From Caecitellus pseudoparvulus (Eukaryota > Protista > Bigyra: Bicosoecida): DNA of 64,000 bases. The DNA is taken from assembly GCA_965644315.1 (NCBI GenBank), contig CBFFRQ010000062.1:62001-126000 (forward strand). Direction: 5' to 3'. Shown here one piece after another: positions 19,965 through 32,500 of the stretch. The first letter of the stretch is position 1, and each line of letters starts with the position of its first letter. The notes beneath the pieces are model-generated. The model was not told where the DNA came from. It saw only the letters and a list, made by a program, of their open reading frames with translations, and searched no databases. Both the position numbers and the translations under genes were made by a program.

Positions 19965-21131
19965 TCACTCCTCGTCCTCGTCACTGTCCTCGTCGTCCAG
20001 GCCCACCCAGGCCATGAACGCAAACAGGAACTCCTTGAACGTGACGCTGCCGTCGTGGTCCCAGTCCAGCTCGTTGTACCGCTCCTCCGTCAAGAAGCTA
20101 AGGGCCTCTCCCGAGTGGCCGTGGGGGGACACGCCCTTGGCACCCGACTGCGCCGACAGGGCTGCCATGCTGGACGCCAGCTCCTCCTTCTTGATCATGC
20201 CCGTGTGCTTGGGGTCGAAGTAGAAGAACGCCTCCAGCACCAGGGTGAAGCTGTACGCGATGGCGGCGCCCTCGCTGCCCAGCAGTTGCCCCTCAGACAT
20301 GGAAGACTGTGCAGCGCGGCGCCAGGGTGAGTGGGTGTGGGTGAGTTCGGGCCCGCACAGGCAGCGGCGGCGCACGCACCATCTTTTGCACCTTGGAGCG
20401 GGAGATGGTCTGGCTGCGGCGGCTGCGCGCGGCAGGCTGCTCCGTGTCCACCTCCACGTCCTCCCCAGCGTCCATGGCGGCTTGCTTTGCGTTGGCCTCC
20501 TTCACTGCGGCGCCAGCGTCAGAGCGGGCCACTGGCATGGCATCCAGGATGGGGATCTGCCCCAGCAGGTAGCCCAGGGCAAGGGACACGACGAACTCCC
20601 GGAACGTCAGCTGCTTGTTGTCGTAAAAGTCAGCGTTCTGCGCGCAAGGGCCGTGGGCGGCGCGTGAGCAGTGGAAATGCTGAGTGCAGCTTCACCACGC
20701 CACTGCCCTTGGGCTCACGCACTGCGAAGACTTCCTCGACGTCCACGCTGGCGGCAGACGTGCCAAACTTCGCCATGGCGTTGGCCAGCTCATCATACTC
20801 GATGGTGCCGCTTTTGTCCTGCGCAACGTCACGTGCAGGTGTGGGGGGTGACCGCTTCCTGCCGCTGCATGCTCGCCAGCAGGCAAGAACTCCTCACAGC
20901 GTCAAACTCGTCGAAGACCCGCTTGATGCTGCGCATGGTCTTGCGGATGAAGGGAAACTTCAGCAGAATGCGGTTGAATGAGTGCACTTTTGTGCTGGAC
21001 GCCTCAGCCTCCGCTTCCTTCGCCTTGATCAGCTCAGCAATCTTGAGGTCCAGCGATGTCGCTCCAGAGGCGCCGTCAGCTGGACCCGCCTCGCTGGCCG
21101 CTGGCGCGGGACCGGGAGCATCTGCCGCCAT
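19965..21131 (-). CDS. EF-hand calcium-binding protein (plant CML21/CML22-like), multi-exon
   Basis: SFNRILLKFPFIRKTMRSIKRVFDEFD; DKSGTIEYDEL; FDPKHTGMIKKEEL; ERYNELDWDHDGSVTFKEFLFAFMAWVGLDDE. Confidence 0.8.
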
Positions 21132-21674
21132 GTCTGAAGCCTCGGTAGACGCGTGGACAGGGCGCCTGTGCAGGGAAGGACAGCGCAACGTGCGTCTACG
21201 TGAAGCGCTGCACAGCAACTTGCCAGCGGCAGTGCACAAGCTGGCCGGTGCCAACGCACGGGAAGCGACGCCGGAGAAGCTTCACGTGGAATGGTAACTG
21301 GAATTTCGGGGGCAGGCGAAGCGTGATCCAAGCGTAGAAGTTTGGGAGAGTTCCTCTGGTGCTGTGCTGGAGGAGGGGGATGAGATGGCGAGTGCTGCCC
21401 AAGGGAGTAATTACTGCCTCCAATTCCCAGACAACAAAGACCGCTGCAGGTGCCTGGACTTGAGATGAGAAAGGCACCATAGTTTTCCCCCTCTTTCGCC
21501 CAGTTTCTCGCTTCTAACCGCGTAACTGGACACTCACGATGGCAGAAACAGGCGGCCCAACTGGAGGTGTGAAACGCCCCCGAAACGCAGACGTGAGTGG
21601 CCGTTCTGCCTGCCGGGGGCCGCCCTGTCACGCAAAAACCCCTCTTTGCTTGTGTTTTGACGTCACAGATTTCC

Positions 21675-22679
21675 ATGGCTGACTCCGAGGCTGGCAGTGA
21701 GCAACGAAAACGCGTTCGGGGCGGCGGGCGAGCGCCACTGCGCCCAGCCGATGCGCGTGGTGTGCCGGTGGTCCTCGTGTCCACATACAAGGGCAAGGAG
21801 CGGCTGGCTTCGCGGGAGGCCATGGGCATGTTGGCAGCAGTGGCCAAGGACGTGTACGCGAGCCCGCCAGCTGCTGCCGCGGACAGTGAGGAGGACGACT
21901 TGCTGGGCGATCTGGCAGCGGAGGCAGCAGCCCTGCGTGGCGGGCCAGGCGCAGAGGTGCCCTGGTTCCGCCCCGTCGCCGTGAAGAACCTGTGCATGGC
22001 CATGGTGGCTGTGAACCCCGCCCACCCACGTGCAGCAGATGTAGACATCAACACCCTCAGCCGCCGCCTCATGGCCAACTGGGCGGAGCAGGGCCACGGC
22101 GAGGGGCGCTTCGTGGCACGCCTGTTCCCTCTGCAGCACACGTGTTTCCCAGATGTACCGTCTGTTGCCGGTGTGACAAAAACGGCCTTCTCGGCGTTTG
22201 TGACTCGCGCGCTGGCCAGTGGCGCGCTGAAGGCGGGCGGCGTCGTGAAACTCAGCATTGTGATCAAAGCCCGCAGCGTGCCGAGAGGAGTGAAGCCACC
22301 CCCCACACTGCCTGCAGCCACCGATAGCGAGGCGGAGGGCGCAGGTGAAGCGAAGTCTGCGCCTGACGCATCGCAAGCAGCCGCTGCCGCGCCGCAAGAC
22401 CGAGTGCAGTACCTGCACCACGGCACAGGCATGCCCGTGCTGACAGAAATCGTGAAGAGCACACTAGCAGAGGCAGGGCTTACGGCCCACATGGTGTACA
22501 AAGGCGCTGACGTGCTGGTGGAGGTGCATGCGCTGCAGAGTGTGGCAGGCGTGTCTGTGCACACCGCGGCGGAGTTTGCTGCGGCGCAAGGCTTCAACTT
22601 GCAGAAGGCCAAGGCAGCTCTCGCGGGGGCAGCAAGTGGTGGGGCGCAGGAGGTGTCCACGGCAGCTGCAAAGGCGTGA
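21675..22679 (+). CDS. THUMPD1: THUMP-domain tRNA-acetylation adaptor (Tan1/THUMPD1-like)
   Basis: VLVSTYKGKERLASREAMGML, RFVARLFPLQHTCF and ADVLVEVHALQSVAGVSV...FNL follow the Tan1 motif order. Confidence 0.65.
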   Translation: MADSEAGSEQRKRVRGGGRAPLRPADARGVPVVLVSTYKGKERLASREAMGMLAAVAKDVYASPPAAAADSEEDDLLGDLAAEAAALRGGPGAEVPWFRPVAVKNLCMAMVAVNPAHPRAADVDINTLSRRLMANWAEQGHGEGRFVARLFPLQHTCFPDVPSVAGVTKTAFSAFVTRALASGALKAGGVVKLSIVIKARSVPRGVKPPPTLPAATDSEAEGAGEAKSAPDASQAAAAAPQDRVQYLHHGTGMPVLTEIVKSTLAEAGLTAHMVYKGADVLVEVHALQSVAGVSVHTAAEFAAAQGFNLQKAKAALAGAASGGAQEVSTAAAKA

Positions 22680-22848
22680 AATCGACCCAGGCTCGCTTGC
22701 ACAGGCTGTCGTGTTGCGTGCACGCACGCTCGTAGGTTGCCACGCAGCCCAGGCGCCAACGCAGCGTTGCATTTCTGCGTCGAACCACAAACAGCCTCCG
22801 TGGCCACTGTCCGCGCGTGTGACATCTATTCCTGCGGGTTGATTGCAG

Positions 22849-22858
22849 CAATGCATTG
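22849..22858. terminator. Candidate bidirectional 3'-end/poly(A) signal CAATGCATTG (THUMPD1/nucleolin)
   Basis: The same palindrome between convergent stop codons. Confidence 0.55.
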
Positions 22859-22890
22859 AGCAGCAGTGGTGTGAGGATGGAAAAGCACGC

Positions 22891-24211
22891 TTAGAAGGTC
22901 ATGCGCTTGCCGGAGAAGTCAGCGATGCCCTCCTTCTTGACGGGGCGGCCGCCGAAGCCGCCGCGGCCACCGCCACGCCCGCCACCACGCCCACCGCGGC
23001 CACCACGCCCGCCACGGCCACCACCACGGCCGCCACCACGGCCACCACCACGGCCACCACCGCGCCCGCCGAAGCCGCCATCTTGGCGAGGGGCACGGGG
23101 AGCAGCGAAGTCCACTCGCACAGGGCGGCCCATGATCTCCGTGCCAGCCATGGCGACGGCAGCCTTGCCGCCCTCCACCGTCTCGAACTCCACGTGGCCG
23201 AAGCCGCGGAAGTCACCCGTGTCGCGGTCCGTGGCGAAACGCACGTGCGTGATCGTGCCGCACTCGGCAAAGGCGCTGTAGATGGTGTCCTCGTCAATGT
23301 TCCAGGACAGGTTCCCGATGAACACGGTGTTGTTGGGCTCCTTGTTGTCGCCACGGTAGCTGCCAGGTGCGCCCCGGCCGCCAGCTGGCTTGCCCTGGAA
23401 CGGCTTCACGCCCAGCCAGCGAGAGCCCATGGTGTAGCCGTCGTACTCCAGCGCCTTGTTGTAGGCGGCCTCAGTGGTGAAGGTGATGATGGCAGTGCCC
23501 TTGGAGCGGCCGCTGTCCTCCCACTTGGGCATGTTGAAGTCCTTGATGGCGCCGCACTGCTCGAAGAGCCCCTTGAGCTCCTCGTCCGTCGTCTCGTACG
23601 GCGCGCCCTGCACGAAAATGGTGAAGTTGCCCTCCTCCTCGGCACCGCCAGCAGCTGCCGCGGCAGGGGCAGAGGAGCCCTTCTCGGCCAGCTTGGCGTC
23701 CTCCTCCTCCTCCTCCTCCTCGTCGTCGCTGCTGCTGCTGCTGCTGCTGTCGGAAGACTCGCCACCGCTGCCGCTGCCGCTGCCGCTGCCGCTGCCGCTG
23801 CTGCTGTCGCTGCTGCCAGACGCGGCGCCAGCAGGCTGAGCCGCAGCTGCAGCTGCAGTGGCCTTGTCGTCGCTGTCAGAGTCGGAGTCGGAGTCGGAGT
23901 CGGAGTCGGACTCAGAGCTGCTGCTGCTGCTCTCCTTGGCGGCAGGGGCAGGTGCAGGTGCAGCCTCGTCGGAGCTTGAGCCAGAGTCAGAGGAAGAGTC
24001 CGAAGAGGAAGAGTCAGAATCGCTGCTGGAGTCGCTGGAAGACTTGGCAGCCAGCTCCTCCTCACGCAGGGTAGCCTGTGGGTGGCGGGGCGAGACGTGG
24101 CAAAGTGAAGTGAACGGCGTGTTCCCAGTGCTGCAGTGCAAGCAGGGCGCCTGCCGGCGCCCCCCGCCCGCCTTCCAACGCATCGCGTGCTCAACTTACG
24201 AGTGAAGGCAT
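22891..24211 (-). CDS. Nucleolin/Nsr1-like protein (acidic Ser-rich N-terminus, 2 RRMs, RGG tail); intron 24076-24199
   Basis: SDSDSD tracts; RNP motifs TIFVQGAPY/SKGTAIITF and VFIGNLSW/RGFGHVEF; GGRGGGRGG; C-terminal FSGKRMTF. Confidence 0.9.
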
Positions 24212-24393
24212 GGTTGGAACTAGTTGTGCGTCGTGTGGCACGTTGGTGCACTGCAGGGAGTGACTGGGTGGTGAGCGGCAAAGAGGCTCAAATTCCGCAG
24301 TGTGTCTGGCGCGGGAAAAAAGTGCCTCGAGCCGTGAATTGCTGCGAGCGCAGGGGGCCCCGCAGGGGCACGCCAAGCCCCCCGGCACGCCCC

Positions 24394-26371
24394 TCACTGC
24401 CCAGGCTTGCGCAGCTTGTTGGCTTCAGGCTGCAGCATGTCCTCAATGACTGCATCCACCATGTCTTGCAGCTCTCTGTGGAAGCGGAGCGGGGTGGGCA
24501 GGGTGGAGTTTCAGCGCAGTTTCGGACTCCGCGCAGTCTGCAGAAAACGCACGCTGTGGCTGCCTGCGGCGTGCCAGCCGCCATTTCGGCATAGTACTTC
24601 AACTTGGGCTCTGTTCCAGAAGTGCGCAGGGTGATGACGGCGCCATTCTCAAAGGTGTACGTGAGCATGTGCGTGGAGGCGCTGGTGGGCAGCGTGGGCT
24701 TGCCGTCTGGCTGGGATGTGTCCACGCCCGCGCCATGCAGGTCCCGGATGGAGGCCACCTTCCACTGCCGCAGGGCGTCTTGGTACTTGCCGCCGTTGAT
24801 GAGGCGCTCGAAGATGCCTGGCACAGTGCCGGCGTCGGTGATGAAGAGGTAGCCGTTGTTCGTGACGAAGTACCCGTACTCCTCGTACAGCGCCGTCATC
24901 TGGTCAGCCACGCGCTTGCCCTGCGCCGCCAATGTGCCAGCCATCTGCCTGAACACGGCTGCTGCCGCGACACCATCCTGCGGAGCACGAGATCGAGTTG
25001 AGTGACCTGTGGGAGAGAGAGGCATGGACTGAGCACGGTACGCACCTTATCCAGCACTGTGTCCCCCAGGCAGAAGCCAATGGCTTCTTCAAACGAGAAC
25101 AGCACCGTCTTGCCCTCTGCCTGCAGCGCCGCGGCGCGGTTGCCCATCCATTTGAACCCTGTCAGGGTCTCCTCGAAGTGGAAGCCGTTGGCCCGTGCCA
25201 TGGCGCCAATCATCTTGCTGCTGACCGTGCTGGCCAGCATGTAGCACTGGTCAGGGGGGGGGCAGTCCTCCCCCCGCTGGCTCCACGTCCACCACGCCAG
25301 CAGGGCCGCGATCTCGTTCCCCGTGAACACGCGCCAGTTGCCATCCTCCCCCGCCTCCGCCACAGCCAGGCGATCCGCGTCAGGGTCGTTGGCCAGGATG
25401 AGGCGGCTGCCGCCAGCCTCTGCAGCGGCCATGGCCAGAGCAAGGGCCCCTGCACCCTCCTCGGGGTTGGGGAACTCCACCGTTGGGAAGGTGGGGTCCG
25501 GCTGCACCTGCTCCAGCACGGGCAGAGGGGGCGGCAGTCCGAACGACTCAAACGCCGCCTGCACGAAGGGGTACCCCACCCCATGCATGGCGGTGTAGGT
25601 GACAGGCAGCTTGGTGGCGTCAGGCGCCAGCTGCCGCTTCTGGGAGGCGGTGACTGCGGCAATGTACGCGCTGATGTCCTCGTCGCCAGCCAGGGTCACC
25701 TGCGGCAGGGCCACGACACTGTCCCATGTGACGTCACGCAGTTCGGCCGGGGCCGTCCAGGGCTGCAGGTTGCTGGTGATGGCTGCCGCGATGCCCTTGT
25801 CGTGGGGCGGGATGATCTGGGCGCCGTTGCCCCAGTACACCTTGTACCCATTGTCCGCCTTGGGGTTGTGGCTGGCCGTGACCATCACCCCCGCTGCCGC
25901 CTTGCGTGCCAGAATGGCAAAGGGCACCAGGGGTGTTGCCACCAGCTGCTCGAAGAGCACCACGGACATGCCCTTGGAGGCCGCCACATGTGCCGTCAAC
26001 GCTGCGAACCTCTTGGAGTTCAGGCTGCCGGCGGCACGGTGGTCCCACCCCAGCACAAGGCCACGGGCATTGGCAGTGGCCTCCCCCAGCTGCTCCTGCA
26101 GGTAGGCTACCAGGCCCTGTGCCGCCTGCACCACAATGAGGTCATTCATGCAGGCTGTGCCAGCTGCCATGCGCCCACGCAGGCCGGCCGTGCCAAAGGC
26201 AATGCGCGAGCCAAAGGCAGCCTGCAGCTGTGCAGCGCCTTCTTCCGAGGATGCTGCTTCAAGCATGGCCCGTGTCGCCTGCTGTGTCTCCGCGTTGGGG
26301 TCCCACTCCAGCCACTGTTTGGCGGCGGATAGCAACTCTGGCGAAACGCCAGGGGAGGAAGAAGCGGCCAT
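24394..26371 (-). CDS. PGM2: Phosphoglucomutase-2 / phosphopentomutase family, spliced
   Basis: FGTAGLRG, catalytic TASHNPKADNGYKVY, metal loop DPDADR, TLTGFKW, FEEAIG, DKDG, RTSGTEPKLKYY; last exon ELQDMVDAVIEDMLQPEANKLRKPGQ*. Confidence 0.92.
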
Positions 26372-26563
26372 TTGTGGGGCGTGGGCAGAACGTGTGGCAC
26401 CCTGGACGGCAGTGCAAAGCGGAATACAACCCAGCGTGTGGGGGGGCCTTCGTCATATCTCGAAATTATGCGCGTGTGCGGGGCAGGATTGAATTTGCCG
26501 CCATTGGCGTGTTGCGCTGGGGCGAGGCAGAGCGCCCTGCGCTGCGAGCAGCCAGCCGCCCCA

Positions 26564-29500
26564 CTATGCCAGCATAAAAGACCCAGTGCTGAGGCCATGC
26601 TCGACGCTATCCAGCAGGCGCCGCCGCATGACTTCGTCAGAGGTGTACTGCGGCACTTTGAGCTGGAAGAAGCAGGAGTGCGACTCCACCAGGCTCTCAT
26701 CCCCCCGCATGGTGTTGTTGTTGGCGTCCTTGTAGAAGGGGTACAGGAGGAAGAACACCACCTTACCCTCCCGGGTGATCCAGCCCGCCTCACCACGTGG
26801 CAGCTTGCTGCGGCCCCACGCGTACCGCACCAGGCGCGAGCGCTCCCTGGGCGTCATGCCTTCAAACACCCGCCAGAAGCGCTTCACAACTGGGTGCTCC
26901 AGGCTGTACGGCGTGCCGTACTTAGTGTGCTTCATCAGCATGTCTTGGTCGATGTCCGACGGCCCACACACGAGGGTGTGCAGGTCGCTCCACCGACACA
27001 GCTGCACTGCACGTCCAGGCACGATGGAGAGGAGGCCGGAGCGGATGGCAGCCAGTGGCCGCTTCAGGGGCGCAAAGGCCTGCTGCATGGCCAGTGCCAT
27101 GTACTGCTTGGCGTTGGCGGGCGTGACGGGGGTGGTGGCGCCGCTGGGCAGCAACTCCTCCCCCACGCGCTCCCCGCCGCTGGCGCCTCCCCGCCGCCAG
27201 GGCGACCGGTACACAAACATCTGCGCCGCAAAGTGCGTGTCCCAGCCGGGGACCGCCTCGGCGCTGGCATCAGGTTGGCCCTCCACGCCCCGCAGCATGG
27301 CTGCCATGCGGCCCAGGCTGGCGTGCAGGGCAGGGTCCACGTGGCAGAGGTCAGAGAGGTCCAGCTCCTCGCCACAGAGGCTCTTCCAGACGAGGGGCGC
27401 CACGGTGAAGTCCAGCCAGGCGCGCGTGCGCCAGGACAGCCCCATGAGGATGCCCACGAACCTCCACATGGCCAGGGCCCGCACGATGGGCGTGGCGTCC
27501 TCCTCCGCCCCCGTGTGCTCCGCCGCCTCGGGCACCTCGCTGGGCGGGCGCATGAGCAGGGCCAGGTTGGGCACCCACACGTCATCGTCAGCTTCGGCGG
27601 CAGAGCCCACCACCGTGAAGAGGTTGATGTTGGACTGCGGTGCGGCGAAGAGGTCGTTCACGGCGCGCGTGATGCAGTCACGGTAGATGCCGCCCCAGTC
27701 GATGCCCGGCTCCCCCGCCAAGGCCACCTTGAACATGCGGTCCTTGCTGTCCAGGCTGGAGCGCAGGCGCGCCGCACGGTGGTGCCGCAGCTCCCGGAAC
27801 ATCTGCGCGAAGATGCAGGTGGAGTTCATGACGTCGGCGCGGCCCTCCTCCTTGCTGGCGGTGGCCAGCTCGTTGTCCAGGGTGATGGCCACACCAGAGT
27901 CCTCGTACGTGCTGGTGCGGTTGATGGCTGCGTTCAGCAGCTCCCCCTTGGTCTCGGCGAAGATGAGGTGGCTCACGGTGCGCAGCAGGGCGCCCGTGCT
28001 CCACGGGCCGGCCGAGCCAGACGTGTCCACCAGCTTCAAGCACCGGTTCACGAGGGTGTTCAGGATGATGAGCAGGGCTGCGCGCAGGCGCAGGGTGGCC
28101 GTGTCCAGCAGCGTCAGGGCGGGGTACGTCCGCTCATCCCCCGGCGCCAGCTGCAGGTTCCACACCTCCAGCTCCCGCAGGCGGATCTCCGTCTTGGAGG
28201 CCCGCATGCGCATCCACTCCACCAGCTCCACATCCACCTCCCCGATCAGGGACGCGAACTGCGGGTGGGAAGGGGACAGGCAAGTCCCTGCGGGGGTGCC
28301 GATGTGAGCCAGGCAGTGCGGCAGGCGGCCGCTGGCCGTCGGCTGCAGGGACAGCCCGTGCACGTTTGCGATGTGCCCGCCGGAGATCAGCACCATGGCG
28401 CGCTGGATGGACACGAGGCTGTTGGTGGTGAGCTGTAGGTTGGGGCGCCCTTGCACCCGCCGCCCGCCACCCCGTGCCGCGCCGCCGTCGTGCGCCAGCT
28501 CTGCCGCGCGCAGCACCCACAGGTCTGGGATGCGGGAGGCAGTGGCGAGGGACTTGAGGACTTCCCGGGCATACGCCATGGCTGTGAGGCCTGGCAGGCC
28601 CTCCAACGCGTACACCTGGGTGGAGGGGTCCTCCAGCATGCCCTGCGCGACGCCCATGGGCGGGAACCACTCGGCGTCGTCGCCGGCGAGGCTGGTGACG
28701 CCGCCGGAGAGCGTCGCGCGATCTGAGGTCGTGAGGCCCGCCTGCAGCAGCGGCGTCGGCGTCAGCGACGCGATGGGCGTGAAGGCGGACCACTTGTCGT
28801 CCAGCATGAAGGCGGCACCGATGCCGGTGCTGACCAGCTCGTTGGCTTGCAGCGCGGGCAGGGGCAGGAAGGCAGCAGCCATGCTGGAGGCCTTCTTGGT
28901 CACCTCCCCCACGACGCTGCCCAGGTGGGCCGTCACCCGCTCCATGGGCGGGCGCCGCTGCAGGTCGAAGTGCATGGGCACGGAGAACAGGCGGGTGAGG
29001 AGGCCGATGACGTGGGGCTTGTGGGGCGCTCGGGGGGTGGCGAGGTAGTTCAGCAGGATGTTCACGATGTCCCCATTGTGCACTGCCCCCCGGTCCAGCT
29101 GGGACCGCGGCAGCGCCACCTCCGCCAGCATCTCCAGCACCCAGCACCCCCACAGGAAGGACGGCGAGGAGGCCTGCTGCCCCACACCAGCCCAGGCAAT
29201 GTTGTTCACGGCGCGCACTGTGCAGCGGAAGCCCCAGTACTGGTCCCCCACCCGCCGGCGCCCCCGTGCCGCGCCACTGGAGCCCACCGTGTGCTTGTAG
29301 TACAGCACGCCGTCAGGCGTGTGCGCCAGGAAGGGCACAAAGGCGTAGTGGCCGCCCCGGAAGCGCGCCAGCACCTCCGTGTGTGCGGCGTCTGCGTAGA
29401 AGGTCAGGTTGGCCTCTGGCTCGGCGGGGTTGGTGCAGGTGTTGGGGTCGAACATGACCCACATGGCCCGCGCGCCGGGCAGGCACACGGCACCGGCGCT

Positions 29501-32500
29501 GTCCTCGTGGGCCGGGTGCGCGCTCTGCACGTCCTGCGTCGCGGCAGCCACTGCCTGGGCTTGGTGGGACATGATGCTGAGGTGCTTGTTCACCTCCCCC
29601 ACCAGGGCCACCAGGAGCGGGCCGCCGTCCACTGGCTCGCTCGCCAGCAAGCGCGTGACGGTGCTGGTCAGGACGGCGGTGGCGGCGCGGCCAGACGTGG
29701 CGTCGCCCCCCAACCCCTGCAGCCCCACGTCCCCTGCCGCGTCCGTGTCCACAGGCACCGCCACGCCCGCAGCAGCTTCGGAGGCGCCCAGCAGGCGCAG
29801 CAGGGACAGCAGGGACTGCGCGCCTCCCAGGTGGGCCAGGGTGATGCTGCTGCCGGCGTCACTGGCCAGCAGCGTCAGCAGCAGCCGGCGCGTGGCATCG
29901 CCGAGGCCATCCAGGGCCAGCCCCGCCAGGCAGGGCAGCCAGCCCAAGCCGTCCCCTGCGCCGCCCTGGCGCTGGAATGCCGCACAGTGCACGGCTGACA
30001 CGAGGGCGGACTGCATGGTGGCGCGGGTGGCGGGGGCACCCAGGGACGCCAGAGCACCGGACACCAACGCCTCGCTGGGTGCGGCGTCCATGCCCACCAC
30101 GGACAGGTCCGCGCCGTACCCGCCGACAGCCAAGTACACCCATGCCCGAGGGACGAGAATGGTGCCCTGCCCCGGCACGTCCACTGCCGCCATGTCCCGC
30201 CAGGAGCTGCGCCCTTCCCGCGCTGTGCCCAGCCCCAACTCACACGCTGCGTGCACGGCCTGCGTGGGGCCAGCTGTCGTCGCGGCCGCCTCCCACGCTG
30301 CCACAGCGGCGGCATGGCTGGCAGGGGCGGACAGGGTGCCCACCGTGCCGGCCGTGGCGTGGAGGGCGGCGGCGGCGATGCCTGCCGCGGCGCCAGGCGT
30401 GGCGTCTGGGCTGCTGCAGTGCAGCGTGGCTGGGCCGTGGGGGGGCGGCGGCACCACCACCACCACGGCCCCCGCCGGAGCCAGGCTCACCATGCCCGAC
30501 TGGGCCGCCGTGGCGCCGGCGCTGACAGTCATGGCCTGGGAGGCAGCTGCCACACTGCCCGTGCTGAGGGGGGCCGCCACGTCAAAGGCGGCGAGGGGCA
30601 GCAGCAGCGCCCCTGCTGTGGCGGCAGCCGAGGGACTCAGGGCGGGCTGCACGCCTTGCAGCTGCAACGCCGCCATGCGCGTGGCGGCGCTGGGCAGGTA
30701 CGTCTCCACTGAGGCGCCTTCGCCTGGCTGCTCCCTGGATGTGGGGGGGCCGCCCGCGCCCATGCGGGACCCTCGGGACGCGACGAAGTCCCGCCCCGTG
30801 ATGAGGGGGCGCCCCAGGTTGATGCCTTCCACGGCGCTGGACATGGGCGCCTCGGCATCTGGGCCGCTGCTGGCGCCAGCGGAGGGACGGGCGGGGTCCA
30901 CGGTGTGGCGCCTGGACAGGGCCGTGCCGGAGCCGGCGCCCGCGCCGGGCTCAGGCAGGTGCAAAGCGGCCAGTGCAGCGCGCAGTTGGGGCGACGCCCG
31001 GTCGTGCGTCTGCAGCCACAGCCAGGCGTGGGGCAGGCTGCTGCCCGTCACAGACAGCGCTGCCACGGCCTCGCTGACGCTGCGCCCTGTCGCCGGCGCA
31101 AGGACGTTGAAAGCGAGGGGCCACAGGGTGGCGCTGCCCGCCAGGGTGCTGCCTGTGGACGCGTCGCCTGGGGCTGCCACGACGTCCACGGCGGGCGCCG
31201 CCATGGCCACTTCTTCGGGCAGGGACAGGGTGATCCAGTGCGAGAGACGAGCCGCCACCTCGCCCCCCTTCACCAGGATGTCTGGCAGGGAGACGTGGGG
31301 CGCGCGCCCTTCGCTGCCCAGGCGCAGCGCCGAGGCTGCGCTGCTGGCAGGGGCGGGGATGGCAGGCTGCCCGCTGCCCACGGCTGCGTGCAGGACCACG
31401 GCAGCGGCCGTGGCCTGCGTCAAGCCAGCCAGCGGCGCCACGGCAGTGGTGGCGTGGCGAGGCGGCAGCACGCCGCCACTCTCCGTCGCCCGGCACCACA
31501 CCTCCAGCACAGCCGCGTGCAGGGAGGGGGAGCCGGCGGGCAGGAATCCCAGCCCGGCCGTGATGGTGTGGGGCGGGGCCTGGGCGAAGTGGGCCAGACA
31601 CGGCAGCAAGCCAGGTCGCTGGGCCAGCAGGCCGGCGGCAGCGGGGAAGGCACTGCAGCCCAGCAGCAGCACACTCCCCGCGCTGTTCGCCAGCAGCAGG
31701 CTCTGGGCCCGGGAAAGGGCGTCGGGGTGGGGTGCGCGTGCCTGGCTCAACGCCACCGCCAGAGCTGGCAGGGCGCTGTGCAGGAGGCTGTCTTGCGCCG
31801 TGTCCAGGGAGTGCCCCAGCGCCCAGGCGGGGGAGGTGCGGGGGACTGCTGCCAGGCGGTGGCGAGGCAGCCACACGGGTTCCCCACGCACTGGCACGGC
31901 GCCCCAGGAGGCGCCGGGGGGCGGCACGGGCGTCGTGTCACAGCTGTCGTCCTGCACAACTTGCGTGGCTGGGGAGAGGAAGCCTGCGAGGGGCTGGGAG
32001 CCGGCCTGGGAGACGACACCCGCCTCCCCCGTCGCGCCGGGCCCGAGCATGACCAGAGCGTGGGAGGAGGAGGGGGATGTGGCGATGATGGTGCCCTGTG
32101 CGCGGCGGGTGCGCCCACACTCCAAAGGCTCCGCGCCCAGCACGTGGGAAAGCGGGTCCCCCGCCTCGCCCCCCTCCAGTCCACCCTCTTCCCCCCCCGC
32201 CGCCCCCGCACCGCCGTTCACTGTGGAGGCTGGCGCTGTGATGACGAAGCGCAGGCCAGGCGCCAGGCCAGGCGTGCCGCCGCCCAGGACAGCCATGGCG
32301 CCCCCCGCCTCCTCTGCCGTGCCGTGGTTCAACGCCGCCAGCAGGCCCTCGCGCACAGCCGGCGCCCAGGCCGGGAAGGCCAGCAGCAGGCGCAGTACGT
32401 CACAGGCGATGGCTGACGCGGCGACGGCAGTGTTGGCAGTGCCCACTGCCGCCACAGCGTCGCCGCAGCCCGCCGGACTGTCCAGGGCAAGGGGCGTGCC

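Noticed and set aside
22940-24040. Microsatellite-like GCC/CTG/GAGTCG tracts
   Set aside because: They encode the ordinary RGG and Ser/Asp tracts of nucleolin.
1397-24211. Functional cluster of ribosome-biogenesis genes (UTP18, UTP20 fragment, THUMPD1, nucleolin)
   Set aside because: They are interspersed with unrelated genes and one is a pseudogene; chance cannot be excluded.
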